Positions 20,085-29,474 of a stretch of DNA of 64,000 nt are shown piece after piece (the stretch's first letter is position 1; every line of letters begins with the position of its first letter). The stretch spans positions 416,001-480,000 of the forward strand of contig CAWEYL010000003.1 of assembly GCA_963813335.1 (NCBI GenBank), in the 5' to 3' direction. The stretch comes from an uncultured Chloroflexia bacterium. GTDB lineage: Bacteria > Chloroflexota > Limnocylindria > Limnocylindrales > CSP1-4. The notes beneath the pieces were generated by a model that had not been told where the DNA came from, did not search any database, and was given only the letters and a program-made list of their open reading frames with translations. The position numbers and the translations under genes were made by a program.

Positions 20085-23000
20085 CTACTGGGCCGGGCTG
20101 GCCGACGGTGCGGGCGACGGCAGGCCGAGGGTCGGGGCCAGCTGGTCGAGGCGGTCCAGCGCCGCCTTGACCGCCGCGGTCTCGGCGCCGTAGCCGGCGA
20201 AGTCACCGGCCCGCAGGGCAGCCTGGGCCAGGTCGTAGTGGCGGTTCGCGTAGGCGATCAGCCCGGCCACGTCATCGGGCAGCGGCTCGATCGGGCCGGC
20301 CGACGCGGTCGGACCCGGCGTCGGCGTCGGTCCGGGCGTCTGCCCGGGGCTCGGCGACGGGGTGGGCGACGGCGACGGGCCGCTTCGGGCCTCGGCCGCG
20401 AGCAGGAGATCGACGGCGCCGCCGAGGGTGGGTGCCCACACCACGTTGCGGTTGGACGCCACCACGATCCGCTGGAACTGGGGGAAGGCGAGGCTGGTCG
20501 ATTTCAGGTAGACCGGCTGGAAGTAGATGATCGAATCGCCGATCGGGACCACGATCAGGTTGCCCCGGATGACCGCGCTGCCCGACTGGTTCCAGAGGGT
20601 GACCTGCTGGCTGATGATCGGGTCCTGGTCGATGCGCGCCTCGATCTGGGTCGGCCCGAAGACCGTCGATTCGGCGGGGAATCGGTAGACCCGCGTGGTC
20701 CCGCGGTTCGGCGCGTCGTTCCGGGCCGCGATCCAGGCGATCATGTTCGGCCGGTTCTCGGGAACCATCGGTTGGAGCAGCAGGAACTCCGCCTTCGACT
20801 CGCCCGGCATCCGCATGACGACGTAGTAGGCCTCGGACGGCAGCGTCTGCTCGTTGCCGGTCGAGGTCGGCACCGTCCACAGGTCGTCGGTGCGGAAGAA
20901 CTGCTGCGGGTCGGTCACGTGGTAGCGCCCGAACATGTTGGTCTGGACGTTGAACAGCTGCTCGGGGACGCGCAGGTGGCGCTGCAGGTCGGCCGGCATC
21001 TGGTCGATCGGGGTGAACAGCGTCGGGAAGACCCCCTCGTACGCTCGGACGATCGGGTCGGTCGGGTCGGCGACGTAGAAGTGCATGGTCCCGTCGTACG
21101 CGTCGACCGTGATCTTCACGCTGTTGCGGATGTAGTCGATGTCGTCGGACCCGAGCCCCGATCCGGGCAGGGCGCCCGGGTCGAAGGCCTGCGCGTTCGG
21201 GAACCGGTCCGACGTCGTGTAGGCGTCCTGGATGTAGACCAGCTCGCCCGCGAGTCGTCGACGACGAGGTACGGGTCCTTGTCGAACTTGAGGAACGGGG
21301 CGATGCGGCTGAGGCGATCCGACAGCGAGCGATGGAACAGCAGCTGGCTGTCGGCCGTGACCTGGTCGCTGATCATCAGGTCCAGGTCGCGGAAGCGCAG
21401 CGAGAACAGCAGGCGCATGAGCGTGTTGTCGAGCTTGATCCCGGTGGTCCCGGTCCAGCGCGTCTCGGTGCCATTGGCCGAGGAGGCGTCGCCCGCGCCG
21501 GTCGGGAAGTCGAACTCGGCCTGCTTGGCGCCGACCACGACGTAATCGGACGGCCGCTCCCCGAAGTAGATACGCGGCTGGGTGATCGCCGGCGCGCCGC
21601 TGACGGAACGCGGTGGGAGATCGCTGATGAACAGGTCCGGCTGGCCGTCGTTGGTGACCTCGTTGACGGGCACCATCGCGACGCCGATCCCGTGCGTGTA
21701 GACGATCCGCTGGTTGACCCAGCCGGTCGCGTTGGGGTTCTGCTCGAGCGCGAGCTCTCGTCCGGAGAGCATGACCTGGCGCTCGTCGCCGGCGATCGTG
21801 TACCGGTCGGTGTCGACGTCCGTGAAGTCGTAATAGCGGCGGATCGTCTGGAGCTGGTCCAGCGTGTCCTGGAGCGGCCGGTAGTCCCAGAGCCGGGCGT
21901 TCTGGAAGGTGTCCGGCTCCGAATCGACGAGCGCCTGGGTCAGCGGCTGATCGCCCTTGAACGGTGGGTTCTCCCAGCCTTCCAGGCCGTAGGCGAGGCG
22001 GGTCATCGCGATGTTGTTGGCGATATACGGCTGCTCCTGGGCGAACTTGTTCGGTTCGACCGAGAGCCGCTGGATGGCCCACGGGTAGACCTGGCCGACG
22101 GCCAGCGAGGCGATGAACCAGACGGCCACGGTCAGCCCGAGCGGCCAGACGTAGCGCGTGAACGCCGCCCCGACGAGGAGTGCGGCGGCGAGCCCGGAGA
22201 TCACCGTCAGCACGTCGAAGGCGAAGAACTGCGCGTGCTGGTCCGTGAAGCTCACGCCGGTCGCCACGCCGCGGGTGCTGTACACCAGCTCGTACTTGTC
22301 GAGCTGGTAGCCGAAGGCGACCGACAGCAGGAACAGCCCGCCGAGCACGGCGATGTGGACGCGGACCGGCGTCGAGAAGACCAGGCCGCCGCGCGCCGCG
22401 CCGACGAGGTACCGGGCGCCGACCACGATGAGCGAGCCGATCACCAGCGCATTGAAGAGGCCCTGCATCAGGCGCAGGAACGGGAGCTGGAACAGGAAGA
22501 AGCCGATGTCGCGGCCGAAGATCGGGTCCGTGACCGCCGCCGCGCCGGCGGGCGCGAACGGGACCTGGTGGGCCCACAGCAGGATGGTCTCCCACGCCGC
22601 CGCGAGCGAGCCGCCGATGGTCAGCGCGAGCAGCCCCGAGACGATGACGAGCCCGACCCCGGCGATCGGCGTCAGGTCCGGCAGGTCGTCGGCATCGAAG
22701 ACGATGGTCCGCGGCTCGCCGAAGCCCGGCGATCCCGGACGTCGTCGGCCGCCGGCACTGGAGCTTGCCGCGTCGTTGACCCGGTCGATGATGCCGCGCA
22801 GGCTCGACGGCCCGGTCCCCGGCGGCGGGCTGAGCCGGTTCGCGATCGCCAGGTTGCCGAGCAGGACCACGAGCGCGAGGGCGAGGCCGCCGATGAACAG
22901 CAGCGCCTGGGCGCCGACCCGGGTCCAGAAGACGCCGTCGAAGTGGATGCTGGCGTACCACAGGGCGTCGGTCCACAGGTCGATGCCGAAGCTGAACAGC

Positions 23001-23320
23001 AGGAAGAGCGCGATCAGCGCGGCGAGGATGACCCACAGGCCGATGCGCCGGCCGCGCCCGGAGCGGGCGCCGTCGTCGGGGCCGCCAGGCGCGCGCCGGC
23101 GCCGGATGTGCTCCGGCGGGGGCCGCTCGGCGTCGTCCGAGGACGCCTCGTCGTCGCCGTGCTCCTGGTCGGCGTCGTCGTCGTCCCGGTCGTCGTCGTC
23201 GGTGTCCGGCTCGTCGGGGTCGCGCTCGTCCGGCGGCTTCGGGGTGGGGTCCGGCTCGCCGCGCGCCTGTGCTTCGCGGCGGCGCAGCTCCTCGAGGAAG
23301 TCGTCGAACATGTCACGCAT
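20085..23320 (-). CDS. UPF0182 (COG1615) family membrane protein; frameshift near 21250
   Basis: WTDALWY, DPIFGRDIGFFLFQLPF, EQPYIANNIAMTRLAYGL, NARLWD, DVDTDRY, YTHGIG, DKDPY, then YIRNSVKITVDAYDG, VIRGNLIVVP in the second frame. Confidence 0.93.
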
Positions 23321-23348
23321 CGTCCGCGGAGTCTAGTCGGTATCGGCG

Positions 23349-23807
23349 TCAGGGCCGGTGCAGGCCCTCGATCGACGTGCGGAACGCCGCCAGGACGGTC
23401 TCCGCGAGCTCGTTCGGGCGCATCGCCGCGGCGCGGGCCGGCTCGAACCGGAAGGCCGCGCGGATGACCAACGCCGTCCGCCACGGCCGGGTCGGGTCGT
23501 CGGGCGGGGCGAGGGTCCCGAGGCGCAGCTGGAGGCGGCCCTCGTCCTCGAGGATCAGCCCTGACAGCGCCCCGGCGATCGAGGGCCCCAGGCGGGCGAG
23601 CGGCGGATCCGGCGGCGGGCCGGCGGTCGGGGCGACATCGCGGAAGCTCACGATCCCCTCGTCGTCGGCGACCCAGACGATCGCCAGCCACCAGCCGTCG
23701 GGGGCGTCGGTCGGTCGGGACATCCCGGCGCGCAGCCGCCGGTCGCCGATCCGGACCTCGTGCTCGCGCAGGAACGACGGGCCGGGCGGAGGGAGGCGTT
23801 CGGGCAC
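23349..23807 (-). CDS. Hypothetical protein
   Basis: GTG start 6 nt after a TATCCT -10; MPERLPPPGPSFLREHEV...DGWWLAIVWVADDEGIVSF... has globular-looking composition. Confidence 0.65.
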   Translation of the reverse strand: MPERLPPPGPSFLREHEVRIGDRRLRAGMSRPTDAPDGWWLAIVWVADDEGIVSFRDVAPTAGPPPDPPLARLGPSIAGALSGLILEDEGRLQLRLGTLAPPDDPTRPWRTALVIRAAFRFEPARAAAMRPNELAETVLAAFRTSIEGLHRP

Positions 23808-23841
23808 GCGGGCAGGATAGCCGGGCGCGGGCCGGGACCGG

Positions 23842-24471
23842 TCAGGCGGGGGTGTCGCCCTCGGCGGCGGCGGTCTCGGCGGCGCCATCGGCGGTCTCGG
23901 CGGCCGCGGCCTCCGTCTCGGTCGCACCATCCGCGGTCTCGGTCGCGGCGGCCGTCGTCTCGGCGGCCGCGGCGGCGGCTTCCTTGGCCGCAGCGTCGCT
24001 GGCCTCGCCGACCTCGTCGATCGCCTGCTCCGCGGCGGCACCGATCCCGGCGATCTCCGCCGCGTCCGGGAACTCGACGACGCGCCCTTCGAGGGCCGCA
24101 TCGGTCTGCATCGCGACGGCCTCCGCCTGGAGGTTCGCGATGTCGGCCTGGATCCGCAGCTTCAGCATCTCGCGCTTGACCGCGGGGTCCGGCGGGGCGA
24201 TGGCACCGGCCTCGGCCGGGGTGATGGTGTCATCGGGCACCTCGCCGCCGAACCACGACAGGAGGCGGCTCCGCTGCCGGCTGGGCGTCTTGGCGCGGAT
24301 GATCGCCTCGGCGTCGATGGCGGTCAGCCCGGGGAGCGACTGCTCCGTGCCCGTCGTCAGGGCGGCGTGGCACGACGGGCAGACCTCGACGTCGGGCTTG
24401 GGGAGTACCGCGGAGCACCACGGGCAGATGGACGCCGCGGTGTCGTCGCCGTCGGTCATGGGCTCGGTCAC
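23842..24471 (-). CDS. Zinc-ribbon protein with an acidic Ala/Glu/Thr-rich tail
   Basis: CPWC...CPSC near the N-terminus, a coiled coil and an AAAET-repeat C-terminus. Confidence 0.75.
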   Translation of the reverse strand: MTEPMTDGDDTAASICPWCSAVLPKPDVEVCPSCHAALTTGTEQSLPGLTAIDAEAIIRAKTPSRQRSRLLSWFGGEVPDDTITPAEAGAIAPPDPAVKREMLKLRIQADIANLQAEAVAMQTDAALEGRVVEFPDAAEIAGIGAAAEQAIDEVGEASDAAAKEAAAAAAETTAAATETADGATETEAAAAETADGAAETAAAEGDTPA

Positions 24472-24542
24472 TCCTTCATGCTAGCCGCGGGTCCCGCGTG
24501 GGCCATGGCCCATCCGTCAGGGGCGTCGCGGCACCGCTATGA

Positions 24543-26297
24543 CTACTCCCACTCGATGGTCGCCGGGGGCTTGGAGCTGATGTCGTAGACGACCCGGTTG
24601 ACGCCGGGGACCTCGTTGACGATGCGCGAGGAGATCTTGCCGAGCACGTCGTAGGGCAGCTTGGCCCAGTCCGCCGTCATCCCGTCCTCGCTCGTCACCG
24701 CCCGGATCGCCACCACGTTCGCGTAGGTCCGCCCGTCGCCCATCACCCCGACGCTGCGCACCGGGGTCAGGATCGCGAAGCTCTGCCACAGGCTGCGGTA
24801 CAGGCCGGCGCCCTTGATCTCGTCGATGACGATCCAGTCCGCCTCGCGCAGCGTGTCCAGCCGCTCGGCGGTGACCTCGCCGATGATGCGGATCGCCAGC
24901 CCCGGACCCGGGAACGGCTGGCGCAGGACCATCGCGTCGGGCAGGCCCAGCTCCGTGCCCACCCGGCGGACCTCGTCCTTGAACAGGTAGCGCAGCGGCT
25001 CGATCAGCTGGAAGCGCAGGTCGGCCGGCAGCCCGCCGACGTTGTGGTGGGTCTTGATCTTCTGGGCGGCCTTGGTCTCCGACGTCGCCGACTCGATGAC
25101 GTCCGGGTAGAGCGTGCCCTGGGTCAGGAAGTCGATCCGGCCGAGCTTGGCCGCCTCCTCCTCGAAGACGCGGATGAACTCGTCGCCGATGATCCGCCGC
25201 TTCTGCTCGGGATCCTCGACCCCGGCCAGGCGGGCCAGGAACCGCTCGCGGGCGTCGACCATGACCAGGCGCATCCCGAGGTCGCGCTCGAAGGTGACGC
25301 GGAGCAGCTCCGACTCCTGCTTGCGCATCAGGCCGTGGTCCACGTAGATGCAGGTCAGGCGATCGCCGACCGCGCGATGGACCAGCGCGGCCGCCACCGC
25401 CGAGTCGACGCCGCCCGACAGCGCGCAGATGACGAGGCCGTCCGAGCCGGTCTCGGCCGCGTGACGGTCCACGCGCTCGCGGATGCCGGCGACGGTCGTG
25501 TCGATGAAGTTGGCGGCCGTCCAGTCGGGCTCCACGCCGGCGATCCCGACCACGAAGTTGCGCAGCACGTCGCGGCCGCGCGGCGTGTGGACCACCTCGG
25601 GGTGGAACTGGATCCCGTAGAGGTTGCGCTCCGGCGCGGCCAGGCCGGCGTACGGGTTCGAATCGGTCTGGGCGGTCCCGGTGAAGCCCTCCGGCAGCCG
25701 GGTGATCGAGTCGCCGTGGCTCATCCACACGGGCTGCTCGCGGTCGATGCCCTGGAAGAGGCCGTCCGCGGTGGTGATGCTGACGTTGGCCGGGCCGTAC
25801 TCGCGCTTGTCCGCCGCGAGGACGTCGCCGCCGAGCTCGTGGGCCATCAGCTGCGCGCCGTAGCAGATGCCGAGGACCGGGATCTTCCCGTTCCAGACGG
25901 CCGGGTCGGGCCGCGGCGCCTCGGCGTCGTAGACCGACATCGGGCCGCCCGAGAGGATGATCGCGCGTGCCCCGCGACGCTCCAGCTCCTCGTACGGGGT
26001 GTCGTGCGGCAGCAGCTCCGAGTAGACGTCGAGCTCGCGCACCCGGCGCGCGATCAGCTGCGCGAACTGGCTGCCGAAGTCGAGGACGACGACCGTGCCG
26101 GGCGCGCGGGTCGTGGCGCCGCTGGGTCGGTCGTCGGGGGAGCGGTCCGGGGCCGGGGCCTTGAGCGCCGTCTCGAGGTAGGCCTCCACCTCGGCGTCGT
26201 CCGGGGCGAGGACCCGGTGGCCGGCGTTCGCCGCCTCGCCGTGGACCGTCTTGCCCCGCTGTGGATGTGCCGAGTCAGCCCCCTCGCCGTCCGCCAA
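24543..26297 (-). CDS. guaA: GMP synthase (glutamine-hydrolysing)
   Basis: [73 protein letters not shown]; TTG start with a GGGGAGG RBS. Confidence 0.97.
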   Translation of the reverse strand: MADGEGADSAHPQRGKTVHGEAANAGHRVLAPDDAEVEAYLETALKAPAPDRSPDDRPSGATTRAPGTVVVLDFGSQFAQLIARRVRELDVYSELLPHDTPYEELERRGARAIILSGGPMSVYDAEAPRPDPAVWNGKIPVLGICYGAQLMAHELGGDVLAADKREYGPANVSITTADGLFQGIDREQPVWMSHGDSITRLPEGFTGTAQTDSNPYAGLAAPERNLYGIQFHPEVVHTPRGRDVLRNFVVGIAGVEPDWTAANFIDTTVAGIRERVDRHAAETGSDGLVICALSGGVDSAVAAALVHRAVGDRLTCIYVDHGLMRKQESELLRVTFERDLGMRLVMVDARERFLARLAGVEDPEQKRRIIGDEFIRVFEEEAAKLGRIDFLTQGTLYPDVIESATSETKAAQKIKTHHNVGGLPADLRFQLIEPLRYLFKDEVRRVGTELGLPDAMVLRQPFPGPGLAIRIIGEVTAERLDTLREADWIVIDEIKGAGLYRSLWQSFAILTPVRSVGVMGDGRTYANVVAIRAVTSEDGMTADWAKLPYDVLGKISSRIVNEVPGVNRVVYDISSKPPATIEWE

Positions 26298-26399
26298 TGT
26301 CGCCTCCCCGTCGCGCCTCGCCTCGGGCCACGCCGCCCGTGGTGACAGTGTACCGGGCCGGGCCCGGCCATCGACGGGTGCGCTCCGGCGCCGCCCCGC

Positions 26400-26795
26400 T
26401 CAGTCGCGGTTGCGCATCGCCTCCGCGGCCATCTCGAAGTAGCGCCCGAGGTCCGCGGCGACGTCGCGCGGCGGGGCCATCCCCTCGACGGCCGCGTGCA
26501 TGTGGACGAGCCAGCGGTCGCGCTCGGCGGGCCCGATCGCGAAAGGTGCGTGGCGCATCCGCAGCCGCGGGTGGCCGCGCTCCTGGTCGTAGGTCGTCGG
26601 GCCGCCCCAGTACTGGGCGAGGAAGAGCGTCAGGCGGTGCCGGGCGCCGGCGAGGTCGGCCTCGGGATAGATCGGGCGGAGGAGCGGGTCGGCCTCGACG
26701 CCCTCGTAGAAGCGGTCGACCAGGCCCTCGAAGAACGGCATCCCGCCGGCGCGGACGTAGAGGCGCTCGGGGGTGGAGGGATCGGCCGTCGTCAC
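26400..26795 (-). CDS. glbO: Group II truncated hemoglobin
   Basis: LVDRFYEGV, FLAQYWGGP, RGHPRLRMRH, ERDRWL. Confidence 0.93.
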   Translation of the reverse strand: MTTADPSTPERLYVRAGGMPFFEGLVDRFYEGVEADPLLRPIYPEADLAGARHRLTLFLAQYWGGPTTYDQERGHPRLRMRHAPFAIGPAERDRWLVHMHAAVEGMAPPRDVAADLGRYFEMAAEAMRNRD

Positions 26796-26822
26796 GGCCC
26801 GAGTCTAGCGGGGCCGGGCGGC

Positions 26823-26966
26823 CATCGGGTCCGGCAGTCCGGTTTCGCTGCTCCGCGGCCGCTTCTCCCGTCTGACGGACCGGGCGATGCACGACGAGCG
26901 GTCCATGGGTCCGGGGTCGCTGCGTGAAGCGCCCCCAGCGAAGCATCACGCAGCCAGAGCGGACTC
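26823..26966. repeat. Two tandem long imperfect hairpins in the intergenic region
   Basis: CATCG-GGTCCG (26823-26833) pairs with CGGACC..CGATG (26876-26889); GCTGCGTGA (26919-26927) pairs with TCACGCAGC (26946-26954), extended by GGGTCCG/CGGACTC. Confidence 0.5.
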
Positions 26967-27009
26967 CGAAGCCGCGTGGGGCCGAGGCCGGCTCGCGCGG
27001 CGCCGACGG

Positions 27010-27126
27010 CTAGCGGGTGTGGCGCTGGTGTCGACGCGTTCGCCCGTCGCCGGCGAGGTGCGGGGCCGCGAGGTCCAGCATCACGAGGGCTCCGAGGGCG
27101 ATGACCAGGAGGTTGACGGCGTCCAT
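27010..27126 (-). CDS. 38-aa single-TM small protein (below the ORF-track size cut-off)
   Basis: MDAVNLLVIALGALVMLDLAAPHLAGDGRTRRHQRHTR*; GC3-rich codons, hydrophobic N-half and basic tail. Confidence 0.6.
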   Translation of the reverse strand: MDAVNLLVIALGALVMLDLAAPHLAGDGRTRRHQRHTR

Positions 27127-27174
27127 GCCCGACACGATGGACCGGGCCGTCGCAGATGTCCTCCGGCGAGCGTG

Positions 27175-27197
27175 GTCATCCGCTCGCGACGGATGAC
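27175..27197. promoter_or_regulatory. Perfect inverted repeat GTCATCCG-N7-CGGATGAC, candidate operator
   Basis: Seen directly, about 50 nt upstream of the 38-aa ORF; related CGGATG half-sites at 28638 and 28646. Confidence 0.45.
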
Positions 27198-27273
27198 GTA
27201 GAAGCCGCCGGCTGGGCCGGCGGCTCCACGATCTGCGTGGGTCCGGCGGTGCGACCGCCGCGCGGACCGTGCC

Positions 27274-27771
27274 CTAGGCGGCGGCTGCGGCCCCGGCCTT
27301 GGCGCGCCACCCGGTGTCGACCGTCTGCCGGGTGCCCCGCCACGCGAACCGCGCGGCGACCGCCCACAGGCCGATCATCCAGATCATCAGGCCCAGGCCC
27401 TGCGCCTTGGCCACGCCCGCAGGGAGCGAGCTGGTCGCGCCGATCGGGTCGAGTCGCGTCAGCGTCACGAGGATGCCGTAGGCCGCGACACCGATGCCGA
27501 TGCCGGCGAGGTAGGCGACCAGCCGGCCGCTCCACGCCCGGCCCCGGATGAGGCCCACGACGGCGACCATGTGGGCGATGCCGAAGGCGACCGTCGGGAT
27601 GACCAGGATGCTCCGGGTCGTCGGGTCGATCGAGGCCGCCGGCAGCGCGACCAGGCCGATGCCAAGCACCGCCGCTCCGGCGAGGAACGTCGTGAAGGCG
27701 GCGAAGCCACGGGTCCCGCGACGGCGCGGATCGGCGATCAGGGTCGGGGCGGTTCGGGTCGACGTGCTCAC
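27274..27771 (-). CDS. 4-TM membrane protein (paralog B)
   Basis: GTG start with a CAGGAG RBS; MSTSTRTAPTLIADPRRRGTRGFAAF...; ends AGAAAAA. Confidence 0.7.
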   Translation of the reverse strand: MSTSTRTAPTLIADPRRRGTRGFAAFTTFLAGAAVLGIGLVALPAASIDPTTRSILVIPTVAFGIAHMVAVVGLIRGRAWSGRLVAYLAGIGIGVAAYGILVTLTRLDPIGATSSLPAGVAKAQGLGLMIWMIGLWAVAARFAWRGTRQTVDTGWRAKAGAAAAA

Positions 27772-27803
27772 GAGGGTCTCCTGTCGGTTCGATGCGATGA
27801 CGG

Positions 27804-28284
27804 TCAGGCGGCCGCGCCGGCGACCGGAGCGCTGCTGCGGCGGCCGCCCGTGGCGCGAGCCACGAGCGACGGCGACCACGACGGCGGCGAAGATGGCGGT
27901 GAAGGTCCCGACGATCTCGAGGCCATCGAGGGCCCGGTCGGACGGGACGGCGGCGAACGGATCGTTGCCGAGGACCAGCAGCACCAGGGCGGCGAGGCCG
28001 ATCACGGTGGCGGACCCGGCGACGACGAACGCCGCGATGTCGGCCTTGGGATGGTCGAGCATCAGCGCGAACCCGACGATCACGGCGACCAGGGCGAAGG
28101 CGCCGACGAACGGGGTCAGGGCGACCATGTCGTCCAGCAGCGCCTTGTCGGCGACGCTGATCGCGAAGTCGCGCGTGTCGATGACCCAGCGGGCCACCGC
28201 GATGCCGAAGGCGGTGAGTCCGGTCAGGGCGCCGCCGGCGACGAGGATGAGTCCGGCGAGGAAGCGGGGGAATGAGGCGGTCAT
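27804..28284 (-). CDS. 4-TM membrane protein (paralog A); probable frameshift near 27850
   Basis: ATG with an AGAAGGAAG RBS; MTASFPRFLAGLILVAGG...LGNDPF; the shifted frame ends RSSAPVAGAAA* just before the RBS of the next gene. Confidence 0.65.
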
Positions 28285-28307
28285 GGTGTGTGGTCTTCCT
28301 TCTGGTT

Positions 28308-28544
28308 CTAGATGACGACGGCGTGGTCGAGGACGCCTGGCAGGCGCCACTCGGGGTCGGCGTCGATGACGCGGTTGGCGGTCTCGCCGTTGTGGCGAGC
28401 CACGGCGGCGAAGAAACGAGCCCGGCGGTGCGACACGATCCGGGCGTCCTTGCACGGGCAGCCCTCGACGAGGCAGCCGCTCCGAAGCGTGGCGGCGGGG
28501 GCGAACACGATCGGCTCGGTCCGAAGCTGATTCGGGTGGAACAT
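28308..28544 (-). CDS. 78-aa protein with a CxxxxCxC motif
   Basis: AAGGAG RBS; MFHPNQLRTEPIVFAPAATLRSGCLVEGCPCKDARIVSHRRARFF... Confidence 0.7.
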   Translation of the reverse strand: MFHPNQLRTEPIVFAPAATLRSGCLVEGCPCKDARIVSHRRARFFAAVARHNGETANRVIDADPEWRLPGVLDHAVVI

Positions 28545-28651
28545 CGCAGCTGACTCCTTCCTGTCGGTCCGGGATGGCCCGATGACCAGAGGATGGGATC
28601 GGCGCATGGCGGCGGGCATGGTCGAGCGCCCGCAACGCGGATGGACGGATG

Positions 28652-29107
28652 TCAGCCCTGGGCGGCCGACTCCAGGCGGATCCGGAATGCCGCGAGGTCG
28701 AGGGCGGCCGCGCGCCTGACCTGCGGCGCCGCCATCGATTCGAAGGCGCGGTACTTGAGCGGCAGCCCGACCGTGAGGCGCCAGCGCAGGGTGCAGCCTG
28801 TCGCCGTCGGTTCGATGGTCGCGTCGATGTCGATGGAGACCCCACTGGCGTCCTTGCCGGTCACGGCGAACCGGCTCGGCGCCTCGAGCGCGATCACGCG
28901 GGCCTCGAGCGTCGCCGAACGGCCGGCGACGCGCTGGTCGATCCGGAGCGTCGAGCCGGTCGCGAGGTCGCCGGCGGTCAGCCGCTCGACGCGGACGATG
29001 CCGCTGGCGATCAGCCAGGTCGGCCAGTGTTCGACGTCGACGAGCTTGGCGAACGCCTCGCCCGGCGGCCGCGCCACGACGACGTCCTGCTCGAGGGTGA
29101 TCGCCAT
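28652..29107 (-). CDS. SRPBCC/START (polyketide cyclase-like) family protein
   Basis: MAITLEQDVVVARPPGEAFAKLVDVEHWPTW, C-terminal DLAAFRIRLE helix; start overlaps the upstream stop. Confidence 0.8.
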   Translation of the reverse strand: MAITLEQDVVVARPPGEAFAKLVDVEHWPTWLIASGIVRVERLTAGDLATGSTLRIDQRVAGRSATLEARVIALEAPSRFAVTGKDASGVSIDIDATIEPTATGCTLRWRLTVGLPLKYRAFESMAAPQVRRAAALDLAAFRIRLESAAQG

Positions 29108-29445
29108 CAGCCAGATGCCCGTGGGACGAGCCGGAAGGACGGCCCACGGCCGAGCCCCTCGGACGGCGTCCCGTAGCGCAGGATCAGCTCGCGGATGGCG
29201 TGGGCGTGGTCGGCACCCTCGAGCGGGATCGCCGTGGCGTCGAACGAGCGCTCCCCCACCGTCACGCGGCAGTCCGGATCGGCGAGCAGGTTCTCGCCCC
29301 ACTTCGAGTCGGTGTTCGCCGCCACCAGGAACGAGCCGTCGTCCGCTTCGATGAAGCCCACGGTCGCCGCCCGCTCCTCGCCGGTGCGCCGTCCGCGCGT
29401 CACGATCCGGAGGACGCGCCCATGGGCGACCAGGTCGGCGTTCAT
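29107..29445 (-). CDS. Deazaflavin (F420)-dependent nitroreductase family protein (Ddn-like)
   Basis: LRIVTRGRRTGEER, WGENLLADP, VTVG. Confidence 0.85.
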   Translation of the reverse strand: MNADLVAHGRVLRIVTRGRRTGEERAATVGFIEADDGSFLVAANTDSKWGENLLADPDCRVTVGERSFDATAIPLEGADHAHAIRELILRYGTPSEGLGRGPSFRLVPRASG

Positions 29446-29474
29446 CGCCGGTCGGGGATCGGACGGCGGGGACG

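Noticed and set aside
27274-28845. Single 523-aa membrane ORF
   Set aside because: Internal RBS/start pairs and an off-frame stop at 27804 indicate separate genes.
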